From Octopus vulgaris (lineage: Eukaryota): DNA of 64,000 bases. The stretch covers positions 7,006,001 to 7,070,000 of the forward strand of contig OX597843.1 in NCBI GenBank assembly GCA_951406725.2. The letters run 5' to 3'. Below, one piece after another: positions 52,095 to 64,000 of the stretch. How positions within the stretch are numbered: the first letter of the stretch is position 1; every line of letters begins with the position of its first letter. A model generated the notes under the pieces. It was not told the DNA's origin. It saw only the letters and a program-made list of their open reading frames with translations, and did no database searches. The position numbers and the translations under genes were made by a program.

Positions 52095-52571
52095 GCCACA
52101 AGCTTTTTTCAGTTTCCTTCTAGTACTTGCCCAAGATGCCACACAGTGGTATTGAACCCATAACCATGTGACTGAGAAGCAAGCTCCTTACCACACAGCC
52201 ACTCCTGCACCTAGAATGAAAACACTTTTACATTAATCTGATGACTTTCTCTATTCTTAAGCAGAGTACAAATTTATTATTCTTAAACAAGGACATTACT
52301 GACAGTGACTTCGAAATTTCAGCCTGTTAACCCATCATCGGACTAATATAACGGCCAGAAGTCAAAGATCAAACGTGAGACGCAAGAGCAAAATTAGGGG
52401 AGATAATAGGGTTAAATGACCTCGCTCCAACATAAGAGTGTGTGTGTGTGTATGAGAAGAGTGTGTGTGTGTGTGTATGAGAAGAGTGTGTGTGTGTGTG
52501 TATGAGAGAGTATTAGTGCGTATGAGAGGTCTGGACGTGTGTATGTATATATGATATATATATATATATAT

Positions 52572-52870
52572 GGAGGTGTAATGGCCCAGTGGTTAGGGCA
52601 GCGGACTCGCGGTCGGAGGATCGCAGTTTCGATTCCCAGACTGAGCGTTGTGTGTGTTTATTGCGCGAAAACACCTAAAAGCCCCACGTGGCTCCGGCAG
52701 GGTGTGGTGACAACCCCTCTAGTACTCTTTTGCCCCAACTTTCTCTCACTCTTCCTGTTTCTTGAGTGACGCTGCGATGGACTGGTGTCCCATCCAGCTG
52801 GGGGGAACACATATGCCACAGAAACCGGGAAACCAGGCCCATGAGCTTGGCTAGGCTTGAAAAGGGTGAC
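52572..52870 (+). mobile_element. tRNA-derived SINE (distinct family)
   Basis: TGGCCCAGTGGTTAGGGC...TTCGATTCCC head; body GGACTGGTGTCCCATCCAGCTGGGG. Confidence 0.75.
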
Positions 52871-52904
52871 ATTTATTGTTTATATATATATTCTTTTATT
52901 TGTC

Positions 52905-53295
52905 TCAGACATATGGCTGCAGCCATGCTGGAGCACCGCCTTTAGTCAAACAAATCCACTCCCAGGACTTATTCTTTGTAAGCCTTGTACTCATTCTATT
53001 TGGGTCTTTTGCTGAACTGCTAAGTTACGGAGACGTAAACACACCAACATTGGTTGTCAAGCTATGGTGGGGGGGGGGACAAACACAGACACACAAACAT
53101 ATACACACACATATATATATATACATATATACGACGGGCTTCTTTCAGTTCCTATCTACCAAATCCACTCACAAGGCTTGGTCGGCCCGAGGCTATAGTA
53201 AAAGACACTTGCCCAAGGTGCCAAGCAGTGGGACTGAACCTGGAACCATGTGGTTCGTAAGCAAGCTACTTATCACACAGCCACTCGTATGCCTA
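52905..53295 (-). mobile_element. SINE family A
   Basis: Reverse complement of the 691-1072 family. Confidence 0.88.
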
Positions 53296-53744
53296 TAAGT
53301 GGTAATATTGTGCTAAGTTTCGCAGCAGTATAGGCACAAGTACAACAGTGTACATGCTAGGAGACTAGTAACAATAGTATAGGTGAAACTAATAGTAGTA
53401 TTAGTAGTAATAATTGTTGCAGTAGCGGTAGTAGTTGTAGTGGTAGTAATAGAATATGTAGTACTAGCACTATTTTGGGTGGTGGTGCTGGTAAAAGTCG
53501 CGTACATGTTGCAGTACGAGCACTAGAATTACATGTGGTACCGCCAGTATTTTGGAGGTGGTAGTGGTGTCTTGGTGGTAGTAGAAATAGTTGTGGTAGT
53601 AACAGCTGAAGTAGTAGTAGTAGTAGCGAAAATTCGTTTAGTAGTTTTAGTAGTAGCAGCAGTAGTAAAAATAGATGTAGTAGTGGTGGTGGTAGTAGTC
53701 CAATAACGTTGAGCCATAAAAGTGCTGACGTGGCTAATGTCATA

Positions 53745-54245
53745 TAGCAGCCAATATGCTAATTACCCAACCAATATGCTAATTGGCAACGGCAAATATG
53801 CTAATTAACCGACACGGGCAACACCTGTGTGTATTCAGGGCTTGCGTTAATCAAAACACCTGTGCACCGCCGCCGTCACTAATAGTGCCTCTACCAGGAC
53901 TACCACCACCACCACCGTTACTGCCGCCATCACCACCACCACCACCGCTTCTGCTGCTACTACTACTGCCGCGACCATCAGCGACACCACCACCACCACC
54001 ACCACCACCACCGGCAGAAACAACGACCGCTGCTACATCCATCGCTTCCATCATCATCATCGCCGTCAGCAGCATGACCCACCAACACGCCGCCGCCGCC
54101 TCTGTGGTAGTGAAATGTTGCTGTCATAGCCACAACACTACATTATGTTAATGAGATCCGCACACACACACACAAGACACCTGTGAGTACGCCCCCACAC
54201 ATTAACCGAATATGTTAATTCGCACCTGTCCACACAGCTGCTACA
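53745..54245. promoter_or_regulatory. Candidate neural enhancer: clustered CASCTG E-boxes and ATGYTAAT POU-like motifs
   Basis: CACCTG at 53822, 53857, 54178 and 54223; CAGCTG at 54235. ATGCTAAT three times in 53756-53805; ATGTTAAT near 54145 and 54212. Confidence 0.45.
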
Positions 54246-54318
54246 ATACCGTGTGTGTGTGTGTGTATACACATCCCGAAAGTACAGAAATGTAATTCTC
54301 TCCATTGTTATTATTATT

Positions 54319-54520
54319 AAGGCAGTGAGATGGCAGAATCGTTAGCACGCCGGACAAATTTGCTTAGCGGCATTTCGTCCGTACTTATGTTGTGAGTTCA
54401 AATTCTGCCGAGGTTGACTTTGCCTTTCAACCTTTCGGGGGTCGATAAATTAAGTACCAGGTCTGCACTTAGCCCTCTTCTCCGAATCTCAGGCCTTGTG
54501 CCTAGAGTAGAAGGGATTTA
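54319..54520 (+). mobile_element. SINE family B
   Basis: Homologous to 48615-48766. Confidence 0.85.
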
Positions 54521-55060
54521 TTATCATTATACAAACATCTATAATATCGATATAAGACAGACGGACGGACGGACAGACAGACAGACAGACAGACAGATAG
54601 ATAGATGACAGTCTGACGGACGGATAGACAGACAGATATATAGATAGAGATCTAAATAGATGGGTAGATAGATACACAGAAAAATACACGTGAGCTGTCA
54701 CCTGACAAGACAGAGGGGGGTAGCAGTGGTTAAACACTGTGTGTGTGTGCATTTATCGTTGTGTACGTTGGCTATTTCTGTCTGTCTGTCTCTCACTGCA
54801 CCCACAAAAGAAATAATAGGACAAAATACACAATCTCCACTTCTCTCTTTCCCACTCTCTCTCTACATGCACACGCATACACAATATACGTAGCGAACAG
54901 CTTATACACACACACACACAAGACGGTCTTCCACAGAATGCCCGGCTCCCAAATACAAAAAAGGTATTTCTGAAAATCCCCAGTTTTTGTAATAAAAGGC
55001 ATTTGCCAAGACGGCTACACCGCGGAATAAACACAAAACGTGTATGTGTGTGTATATATA

Positions 55061-55092
<32 letters not shown>

Positions 55093-55438
55093 CATACATA
55101 CACACACCTAACGATGTCTCTCTCTTTCTCTCAATATACAACACCTGTGTGTGTGTGTGTATATACACACACAGAGTCACTGCCCCAGTAAGGGCCTGAC
55201 TGTGATGAATAAAACAAACACACACACACACACACACTGGCGTTCGCATAGAACGTACTGGAAGTGTCAGGAGAGCGTTTACCAAGTCTAAAGGTGGCCC
55301 ACCTGGACTGAACACCTGGTGAACACAGCTGTATATACCTACCTCCTGTATAAACAGACGCACACCTATACACACACACACAGTGTTATGTGTGTGCGTG
55401 CACGCGTTTTAATGTGGTATATGTATATAACTATACTT

Positions 55439-55469
<31 letters not shown>

Positions 55470-55687
55470 GTATATATATATATCACACACACACACAAAC
55501 ACAAGTCTGTTTTGCAAATGGAAAAGCAGTCATCGTGTGTGTATGTTTGTATATATGAGTGTGTGACATGTATACATATAGAGAGATACATAGACACAAA
55601 CATTCAACACTGTCAATATACATATAAGCTCATATGTATACACACACACACATGTATACACATACATATATATACATACATATACAC

Positions 55688-55756
<69 letters not shown>

Positions 55757-56066
55757 TACATATATATACATATATATATATTCATATATGTATTCATATA
55801 TATACTTATATATACACACATAATCACCACTGACAACATACACAGCACATCACAAAAATACACAAGTATATTCTATACACACACACTCACACACACGTGT
55901 GTGTGAGTGTGTGGAGAGACAGAGATTTCATCTATAGTCCCTTGAAAATATATGCATGCATAAATACATGTGTGTATGCATACACTTGTATACACACACA
56001 AATACATATATGAATGAACACTATGTACGTAAACGAATATAATTATATGCACATCTACATAAATAT

Positions 56067-56111
<45 letters not shown>

Positions 56112-56440
56112 GAGAGAGAGAGAGAGAGCATTTTACAATAGATCTATTTACAAGTATATATGTATATACATAGACAAATATATATTTTGCAAAGCAATTT
56201 TTTTGTAAACTGTGAAATCTTGAGGTATAGAGTGGATTGTAGGTATTTGACACCTATTTCTAGCCTTGGGCCAACAGGTTTTGGGATCTGACGATAAGCT
56301 AAACCCTTCATGGATGGGAAACCTAAGGTCCATCTATAAACCGGCCTTCCCCATTGTTTAATATATGATGCTCTACAGCTTTTCTTGAATTTATATTTCT
56401 TTTTCCTTTTTATTTTTATTTTTTACAGATGATATATATA

Positions 56441-56683
56441 AAGGGTGTTCAAAAAGTCTCCCCGCATTGAATTCAGCTTCAGAAATCCTTACACGGCAGC
56501 AAAGGAAAAAAAACGAAAATGAATTTTATGTATTGAAAATGAGGGACGACATCTCTTATAAAAGTTTTTTTTTTAACTCTCTATGCGTGTGTCTGTCTGT
56601 GTGTATACATTATTTTGTGGTCTTATACCATCCTATATTTATTTTGCAATAAAATACTGCGGAGAGACGTTTTGAACACCCTG
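56441..56683. mobile_element. Tc1/mariner-type MITE
   Basis: TIR AGGGTGTTCAAAAAGTCTCCCCGCA / TGCGGAGAGACGTTTTGAACACCCT with flanking TA. Confidence 0.8.
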
Positions 56684-56699
56684 TATATATATCTATATA

Positions 56700-57030
56700 C
56701 TCTTTTGTTTGTTTCAGTCATTTGACTGTGGCCATGCTGGAGCACCGATTTTAGTCGAGCAAATCGACCCCAGGACTTATTTTTTGTAAGCCCAGTACTT
56801 ATTTCTATCGGTTTACGGGGACCAGCATCGGTTGTCCAGCGATGTTGGGGGGACAAACATATATACATATATACGACGGCTTCTTTCAGTTTCCGTCTAC
56901 CAAATCCACTGACAAGGCTTTGGTCGACCCGAGGCTATAGTAAGAGACACTTGCCCAAGGTGCCACACAGTGGGACTGAACCCGGAACCATGTGGTTCGT
57001 AAGCAAGCTCACACAGCCACTCCTGTGCCT
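56700..57030 (-). mobile_element. SINE family A
   Basis: Reverse complement of the 691-1072 family. Confidence 0.88.
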
Positions 57031-57532
57031 ATATATATAAAATTAAAAAGGAGTGTAAAAGTACATCATGAAGGATATATCGTAAACAAAAAAAATTATT
57101 ATTTATGAATATCAATGGCCAAACATGCAATCATTAAATTACATAAGAGAAGAGTGTTTATATAGTAATGAATAATTGTGATTTATTCATTAAGAGGTGT
57201 AATTAGCCGACAACTGATGAAGGGTCATTCTTTGTGCCATTTATATATATATATATATATATAAATATGTACATATAGTTCTTACACAATATTGTTGACT
57301 GAAGTTCCAGCCAGTCAAGTCAATCGTCATAAGTCAAGAAATTTGTACTCGAGACAAAGTATGGAGTTAACCCGTTCACATTATCGTAAAAATTGTTTCT
57401 ATTATAAAACAGAAGAAAGGGGAAAAAAAACATTAACGGTGCGTGGGGGGGGGGGGCAGAGAACTAATTATGGAAAAATAAAGGAATAATGTATTTGTAA
57501 AAACTAACGAATACATGACGAGCAACACAAAG

Positions 57533-57595
<63 letters not shown>

Positions 57596-57620
57596 GTGTA
57601 AGCAAACATTACCATTTTTA

Positions 57621-57671
<51 letters not shown>

Positions 57672-58126
57672 TATATATATGTTTATAAGGTATATACATC
57701 CATTTAAAACATTTCAATAAAGACACGCACGGAATTGTATGTAGGCAGACATAGCTTGGTCATTGACCCTTGCAATCAGGTTGACTACAACAATGTGTGT
57801 CTTGAGAGAATACTACGTGTGTGAATGTATGTTGTAGGTATATATATATATATGTTGTGTGTGTATGTACATACATATATATATATTATACCACACACAT
57901 ATACAAAGAAGTACGCAGTAATTTATATACATTCACACACAAATACACACTATAAAAACATTGAAGGAAAGTAGATTTCAATGTAGTTGATTTTGTGTGC
58001 GTGTATATATATATATATGTATATATCATGCACTTGTGGCTCATTTCCAAAGAGGTAACACAATGCCGAGAGAGAGAGTGTGTGTGTGCAGATACAAGAC
58101 ATACCCGTACGTAACTATACACACAT

Positions 58127-58157
<31 letters not shown>

Positions 58158-58584
58158 TAGAGAGGCTGAGATTCTATTTAACATTCTGTCTTACCTTCCT
58201 CATTGCTTCCTGGCCTTGAATTACATTAAAACATTCACGCACATGTGTGTGTGTGTGTGTGTATGGTAAATGCAGATATCAAGTGGTTTATATATTAAGC
58301 AATATTTATAGCTACCAGTTCAAAGTTGTACACAAGTTTGGTTTTGCAATTTCACTACACACACACACACATATACATATAGTGTGTGTGTGTAGATATA
58401 TATAAAGTGCATTGATATGCACAAATATGTACTCATGTATATTCATGTACCTGTTGTGTGTGTGTATATATATATGCACATGAGTATTTCAAATATGTGT
58501 TACACATTTGAAACCTGTATACATGTGTGTGTGTGTTTGTGTATATATATATCTATCTATATATATACTGTATTTTAATGTGTA

Positions 58585-58700
58585 TAAGGAACCCCCTATT
58601 AAAATTCGGAAAAACCGTTTTATAAGGGATTATTATACTATCCATGTATAAGAAACTCCCACATTTTTTAACCTAATTTTTGACAAAAAAGGGTTCCTTA
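58585..58700. mobile_element. Small MITE, same family as 42936-43061
   Basis: TAAGGAACC...GGTTCCTTA; interior is the reverse complement of the 42936 copy. Confidence 0.7.
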
Positions 58701-58764
58701 GACACATTAAAATATAGAATGAATATATATATATACACACACACACATACACATATATACACCC

Positions 58765-59445
58765 TGTTACTTGTTTCAGTCATTTGACTGTGGCTGTGCT
58801 GGAGCACGGCCTTTAGTCGAACATATCAACCCCAGAACTTATTCTATCGGGGTCTTTTGCCGAACTACTAGGTTACGGAGATGTGAACACATCAACATAG
58901 GTTGTCAAGTGATGTTAGGGGGACAAGGGGACAAACACAGACACACAAACATATACATACATATATATATATATATATGACGGGCTTCTTTCAGTTTCTG
59001 TCTACCAAATCCACTCACAAGGCTTTGGTTGGCTTTGAGGCTATAGCAGAAGACACTTGCCCAAGGTGCCATACAGTGGGACTGAACCCGGAACCATGTG
59101 GCTGCTAAGCAAGCTTCTTACAACACACACACAAACGTTTGCTTTTATGTTCTGTTATGATAAAAACAATTTACATTAATCTGATAGGTTACTCTATACT
59201 TTTGACTTTGTGGTAAGAAACTCGTTTCCCAACCACATGGTTCCAGGTTCAGTCCCACTGTATGGCACCTTGGGCAAGTGTCTTCTGCTATAGCCTCAAG
59301 CCAACCAAAGCCTTGTGAATGGATTTGGTAGACAGAAACTGAAAGAAGCCCATCATGTGTGCATATATATATATAATATGAGGGAATATTATTCCAAACT
59401 TACAGGGAAAAATTCAATTTAGAAATACTAAATCAAATTTCACAA

Positions 59446-59481
<36 letters not shown>

Positions 59482-59830
59482 TAGAAAAAAACCCACCTTT
59501 TATCAATACAATAATGAAAAATTAACTTATACTATTTAGAAAAATTACATATTATAGAAAGATTTCTTTCTATAAAATGTAATTTTTCATTATTGAATTG
59601 GTAAAAGATGTCTTTTTCTAATTTATATATATATAAATGTTTGTCTGTCTGTTCCCACCATCATCGTTTGACAACAGGTGTTAGTGTGTTTATGTCCCTG
59701 TAACTTTGCTGTTCAACAGGATAACTACTAAGCCTACAAAGACTAAGTTCTGGGGTCGATTTCTTCAATTAAGAAACCCTTTAAGGCAGTGCTCCAGCAA
59801 GGACACAGTCAAATGACAAACAAGTAAAAG
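58765..59830. mobile_element. Head-to-head pair of SINE family A copies; the second carries an AT-rich palindromic insertion
   Basis: Minus copy ~58765-59125, plus copy ~59210-59830; foldback AAATTAGAAAAA...TTTTTCTAATTT at ~59478-59624. Confidence 0.75.
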
Positions 59831-60372
59831 AATAAAAGAATACACATATAATTAATTGTTAACGGTTTGGACTTAATCTTGAATTGCCAAAAAAAAAAAA
59901 CCTGGATAGCAAAAGTTGAAGGCAGGCTGTGGGGTTTGAACCCACATCACATGTAAGCAAAATTTATCTGGTTAAAAAAGATTCAGATGAAAACCTTGTA
60001 GTATGAGAAAGTGCACCTTTCACCTGGGATTGATGATGGTTACACAATATGTTAATTATGTCATTTCACCAATTGTAGTGAATTGATGTAAAGAATGTTG
60101 TTTAATGCATTTTCTCTTCAGGACACATGAACGAAACACACAGATTTAAAGTCCAGCACAGATAGAGATACAATCCATACAAGGACAAAATGCAATAAGC
60201 AGGACAAGAGGAGACACGTAGGACAAAGAGTCCCAGATGAGGTCACAGAGGGTGTAACGAAACAGCTTTGACAAATACACTAAAAATAATACAAATAAAA
60301 GCAAGAATGAAGAGCAAATGAATGCTGTATGTGTCGAATTGGCAAAAAAGGATAAAAGACCATCCTTAACTA

Positions 60373-60427
<55 letters not shown>

Positions 60428-60430
60428 ATG

Positions 60431-60465
<35 letters not shown>

Positions 60466-60474
60466 ATGCCTGTC

Positions 60475-60517
<43 letters not shown>

Positions 60518-61070
60518 CACATATATACGACAGGCTTCATTCAGTTTCCCTCTATCAAATCCGCTCACAAGGCTTTGGTCGGCCTGAGGCTATAGTAGAA
60601 GACACTTGCCCAAGGTGCCACGCAGTGGGACTGAACCCAGAACCATGTGGTTGGTAAGCAAGCTACGTACCACACAGCTACTCCTACGCCTATAAGGTTA
60701 TATATATATATGTATGTATATATAGTGGCTAATCTCCTTTTGAGTGTTGGGCCTCGAGGAGGCAATGACCAAGACCTTTGGCATTATGTCATGCTTGAGA
60801 AGAAGGTCCATCAAGCCGAGCAAAATCGCATCCATGGCAGATAACTGGTATCACGCAAATGGCACCTGAGCCAATGAAATCAGACTGGATCCTGATGCAG
60901 CCTCCCAGCATGGACAACGGAATTAAATGATGATGATGATGATACATACACACATAAATACAGATTTAAGCAATATACTCACATATATACACACACAAAC
61001 ATACATAACGAACTGTAGTATGCATTGTTATGTGAAGTGCATTTTTCATAGACAATATAAAAATAACAGG

Positions 61071-61154
<84 letters not shown>

Positions 61155-61379
61155 CATGTACGATATGTTTGTGTCTGTGAACATATAGGTTTAGTGACAA
61201 ACAGGAAAAATAAAAGTCTTTTTAAGTACTAACAATTGAAACTCCTGGTTCCTGAGTCACTCATGTTTCTGCTAAATATTAATACACACACACACAATGC
61301 TATGATGTACATTATTCATAGCATTACATATTAGCTGATACAGGGCATATAATGAAAACTATATATATGAATATATATA

Positions 61380-61680
61380 GGTTAGTGGTTAGAGCGTCGA
61401 GCTTACGACCATGAGGTTGTGAGTTCGAATACCGGACCGGGATGCGTGTTGTGTTCTTGACCAAGACACTCAGCTGTAGAAATGAGTTGCGACGTCACAG
61501 GTGCCAAGCTGTATCGGCCCCTTTGTCCTTTCCCTTGGATAACAATGGTGGCTTGGAGAGGCGAGGCCAGTATGCATGGGCGGCTGCTGGTCTTCCATAA
61601 ACAACCTTGCCCGGACTTATACCTGGGAGGGTAACTTTCTAGGTGCAATCCCACGGTCAGTCAGGACCGAAGGGGGTCTC
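61380..61680 (+). mobile_element. tRNA-derived SINE
   Basis: TAGTGGTTAGAGCGTC...GAGTTCGAATACC head followed by TGTTCTTGACCAAGACAC. Confidence 0.7.
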
Positions 61681-62193
61681 AGCACATATATATATATGTA
61701 TGTAGATTCAGTAGGATATTTAAATACCACTTGCAATGTACAGAGTCATCACTCTAAAACCACCACTAACTCACCATTAAAATACACACTGGGAACGCAA
61801 TCAATATAGGAGAAAGAGGTTTACCATTGCATGGAATACCGAAGCAAAGAATGTGAATATTCCAACATCAATTGATTTTGCTTTCTGTTTGCAGCAATTG
61901 GTGTTTAAATTCCTAACTGAATCCGAATAACACAGTTGAAACACTCCTGTCACAACCTGGGACCTTGAAGACTGCTTAAATGCAAGAAAGTGTCATTTGA
62001 TACTCAATATTTCATCTATTCAATAAGATAATCAATACTTCATTTCATTTTACACTATATATATTATTTATACTATATATTCTATATTCTACATTAATAT
62101 TATAAAGAATATAAACAAAACATTAAAAACAGACAAAGTGGGAATTCCTTTGAATAATATATATCCCTCTTTACACAATCATACAAACCCCTT

Positions 62194-62236
<43 letters not shown>

Positions 62237-62924
62237 GAGAGAGATAAGTAGGTAAGTAGAAAGAAAGGCAGGTAGATAGGTAGAGAGATGATAGAGAGAT
62301 AGAGAGATAGAAAGAAAGATAGGTAGGTAGGTAAATAGAGAGATAGATAGGTAGGTAGATAGAGAGATAAGTAAATAGAGAGTTAAGTAGATAGATAGAG
62401 AGAGATATAGATAGAGAGAGAAATAGGTAGATGGAGGAATCAATATACAAGGTAGATAGACAGCCGTAAACACTGAAGATAAAAGGTGTGGGGAGGCAGG
62501 GTCTGGCTCATGCACTTAGACATGTATGACGAAGGTTAGTGTTAGGGAGGAAAGCTGATGAGTTATCTCGTTCATACATGACAGGAGGCGTGATAAGTCA
62601 ATATCAATGGGGGGAGGGGGAGTGGCCGAGGTGGGGGGGACAGAAATGAAAACAATGCATCCAAAGTGAAGCATGACTGCACACAAGTTGCGACGTGTTT
62701 GTCGTCACGGCTGCGTCACACTGCTGGCTTCAACCGACCAACAAACTGTTGCTTTCCTTTGGTCAATCACATTACTCGGCAAAGCGTGACACTGTGTTAG
62801 AAGCTGGCTTCACGGTTGCGAATTTTGACATGTCACAGCACGAATAATGACAAAGACATATACAGCATGCAAGCGCTCCACCGATTATTTTCATCCAAGG
62901 GATCTAACTAAATGAAGTTATATA

Positions 62925-63295
62925 CTTGTTTCAGTCATTTGACTGTGGCCATGCTGGGGCATCACCTTAAAGGGCTTTAGCCAAAGAAACCCCAAGACTT
63001 ATTCTTTGTAAGTCTAGCACTTATTTTATCAGTCTCTTTTTGTTGAAATGCTAAGTTACAAGGATGTAAGCACAACATCATCAGTTGTCAAGCAATGGTG
63101 GTGGGACAAACACATACACACACACATATGTACGACGGGCTTCTTTCAGTATCTGTCTGCCAAACCCACTCAAATGGCTTTGGTTGGCCTAAGGCTATAG
63201 AAGATACTTGCCCAAGGCGCCATGCAGTGGGACTGAACCCAGAACCATGTGGTTAAGAAGCAAGCTTCTTACGACACAGCCACGCAGGCGCCTAT
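62925..63295 (-). mobile_element. SINE family A
   Basis: Reverse complement of the 691-1072 family. Confidence 0.85.
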
Positions 63296-63319
63296 AGTAT
63301 ATATATATATATTGATTCA

Positions 63320-63890
63320 TTCGTCTGTTGTTGTCGATGACAACCAAGGACATCAGATGAAAGAACAAGACAAGGCATGGTGTGTCCAGCTGTGGCCAAG
63401 CAGTCTGTTGCGTGCTCAGAAGGCTCTGTCACAGGTCGTGCACTGGTGGTCAGCTGGGACAAAAGGCAAGGTGTAGGCTCTGGGCTTGCACAGTTTGCAG
63501 TTTCTTTGTACACCTACAATCCTACTGTTTGTAGGGGTGGTACCTGTATTGGTGCAGCTTCATCAGGGAGGGTGCACTTGTGCTTACATTTTGTAGGTGT
63601 CAGGGTTGATCTCGGAGCTGTTCATTTAAGCTTTGAGTGTCCCATTGAAGCGTTTTTTCTACACACTCGGTGTGCCCTTGCCTTCAGCCAGTTCACAGTA
63701 AAACAGTCGCTTGGGTAGTCGCATGTCAGGCATTCAAACAAGATTGCCTACCCACCTGACTTGCACTCTCCTCAGCTTGAGAGAGACCCTCCGTGTCTGG
63801 GACCCTGTCTTGCCAGGCGATTTTCAACAGCTTTCTCATGCAGTTCATGTGGAAGCAGTTCAGCTTTTTGCTATGGTTTCCATAAACTAT
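63320..63890 (-). mobile_element. RTE-clade LINE 3' fragment
   Basis: Minus-strand translation includes LNCFHMNC-RKLLKIAWQDRVPDTE and RMPDMRLPKRLFYCEL. Confidence 0.8.
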
Positions 63891-64000
63891 CTCTGAGGCC
63901 TGCATTTAGCTGTAAGGAATACTGCACATGCATACAAACATGTGCATACAAAATGGAAAAGCAAAAGCAGTGTGAAACCCAACATATAACCAAAAACCTA

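Noticed and set aside
53851-54075. Gly/Ser-rich minus ORF as the first CBFA2T exon
   Set aside because: Low-complexity trinucleotide sequence with no MTG N-terminal similarity; its possible donor is phase 0 whereas the 38544 exon needs phase 1. Not fully excluded.
59918-59975. tRNA-like T arm (GTGGGTTCAAACCCCAC) on the minus strand
   Set aside because: Only a T arm; no convincing D arm, anticodon arm or acceptor stem.

Overview
AT-rich, microsatellite-dense eukaryotic DNA. The SINE/LINE repertoire looks like that of an octopus (coleoid cephalopod); this assignment is inferred. The main gene is a minus-strand CBFA2T/MTG8/ETO (nervy) co-repressor. Four consecutive phase-compatible exons (38544-38327, 33657-33568, 31431-31250, 30622-30360; NHR1/TAFH) and the terminal MYND exon (13039-12530) are visible. 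I could not find the NHR2/NHR3 exons. The interval where they should lie holds noisy TA tracts, a tail-to-tail inverted CR1-like LINE pair and a frameshifted PA-RING (goliath/RNF130-like) gene. The most striking region lies downstream of the gene (1.4-8.9 kb) and looks like a cluster of unannotated small structured RNA genes. Two identical copies of a 158-nt Pol III-type unit (A box, B box, TTTT) have a 5' half homologous to an abundant tRNA-derived SINE head and a 3' half antisense to it, forming a rod with strongly strand-biased G-U pairs. The cluster also holds two paralogous CCAAT+CRE promoter modules in front of short hairpins, and a GC-rich pseudoknot/bistable foldback. Minimal hammerhead ribozymes, an intronic hairpin, 126-bp arrays and an E-box/POU motif cluster were also noticed. 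All structure and homology calls were made by eye; no searches or folding programs were run, and repeat boundaries are approximate.
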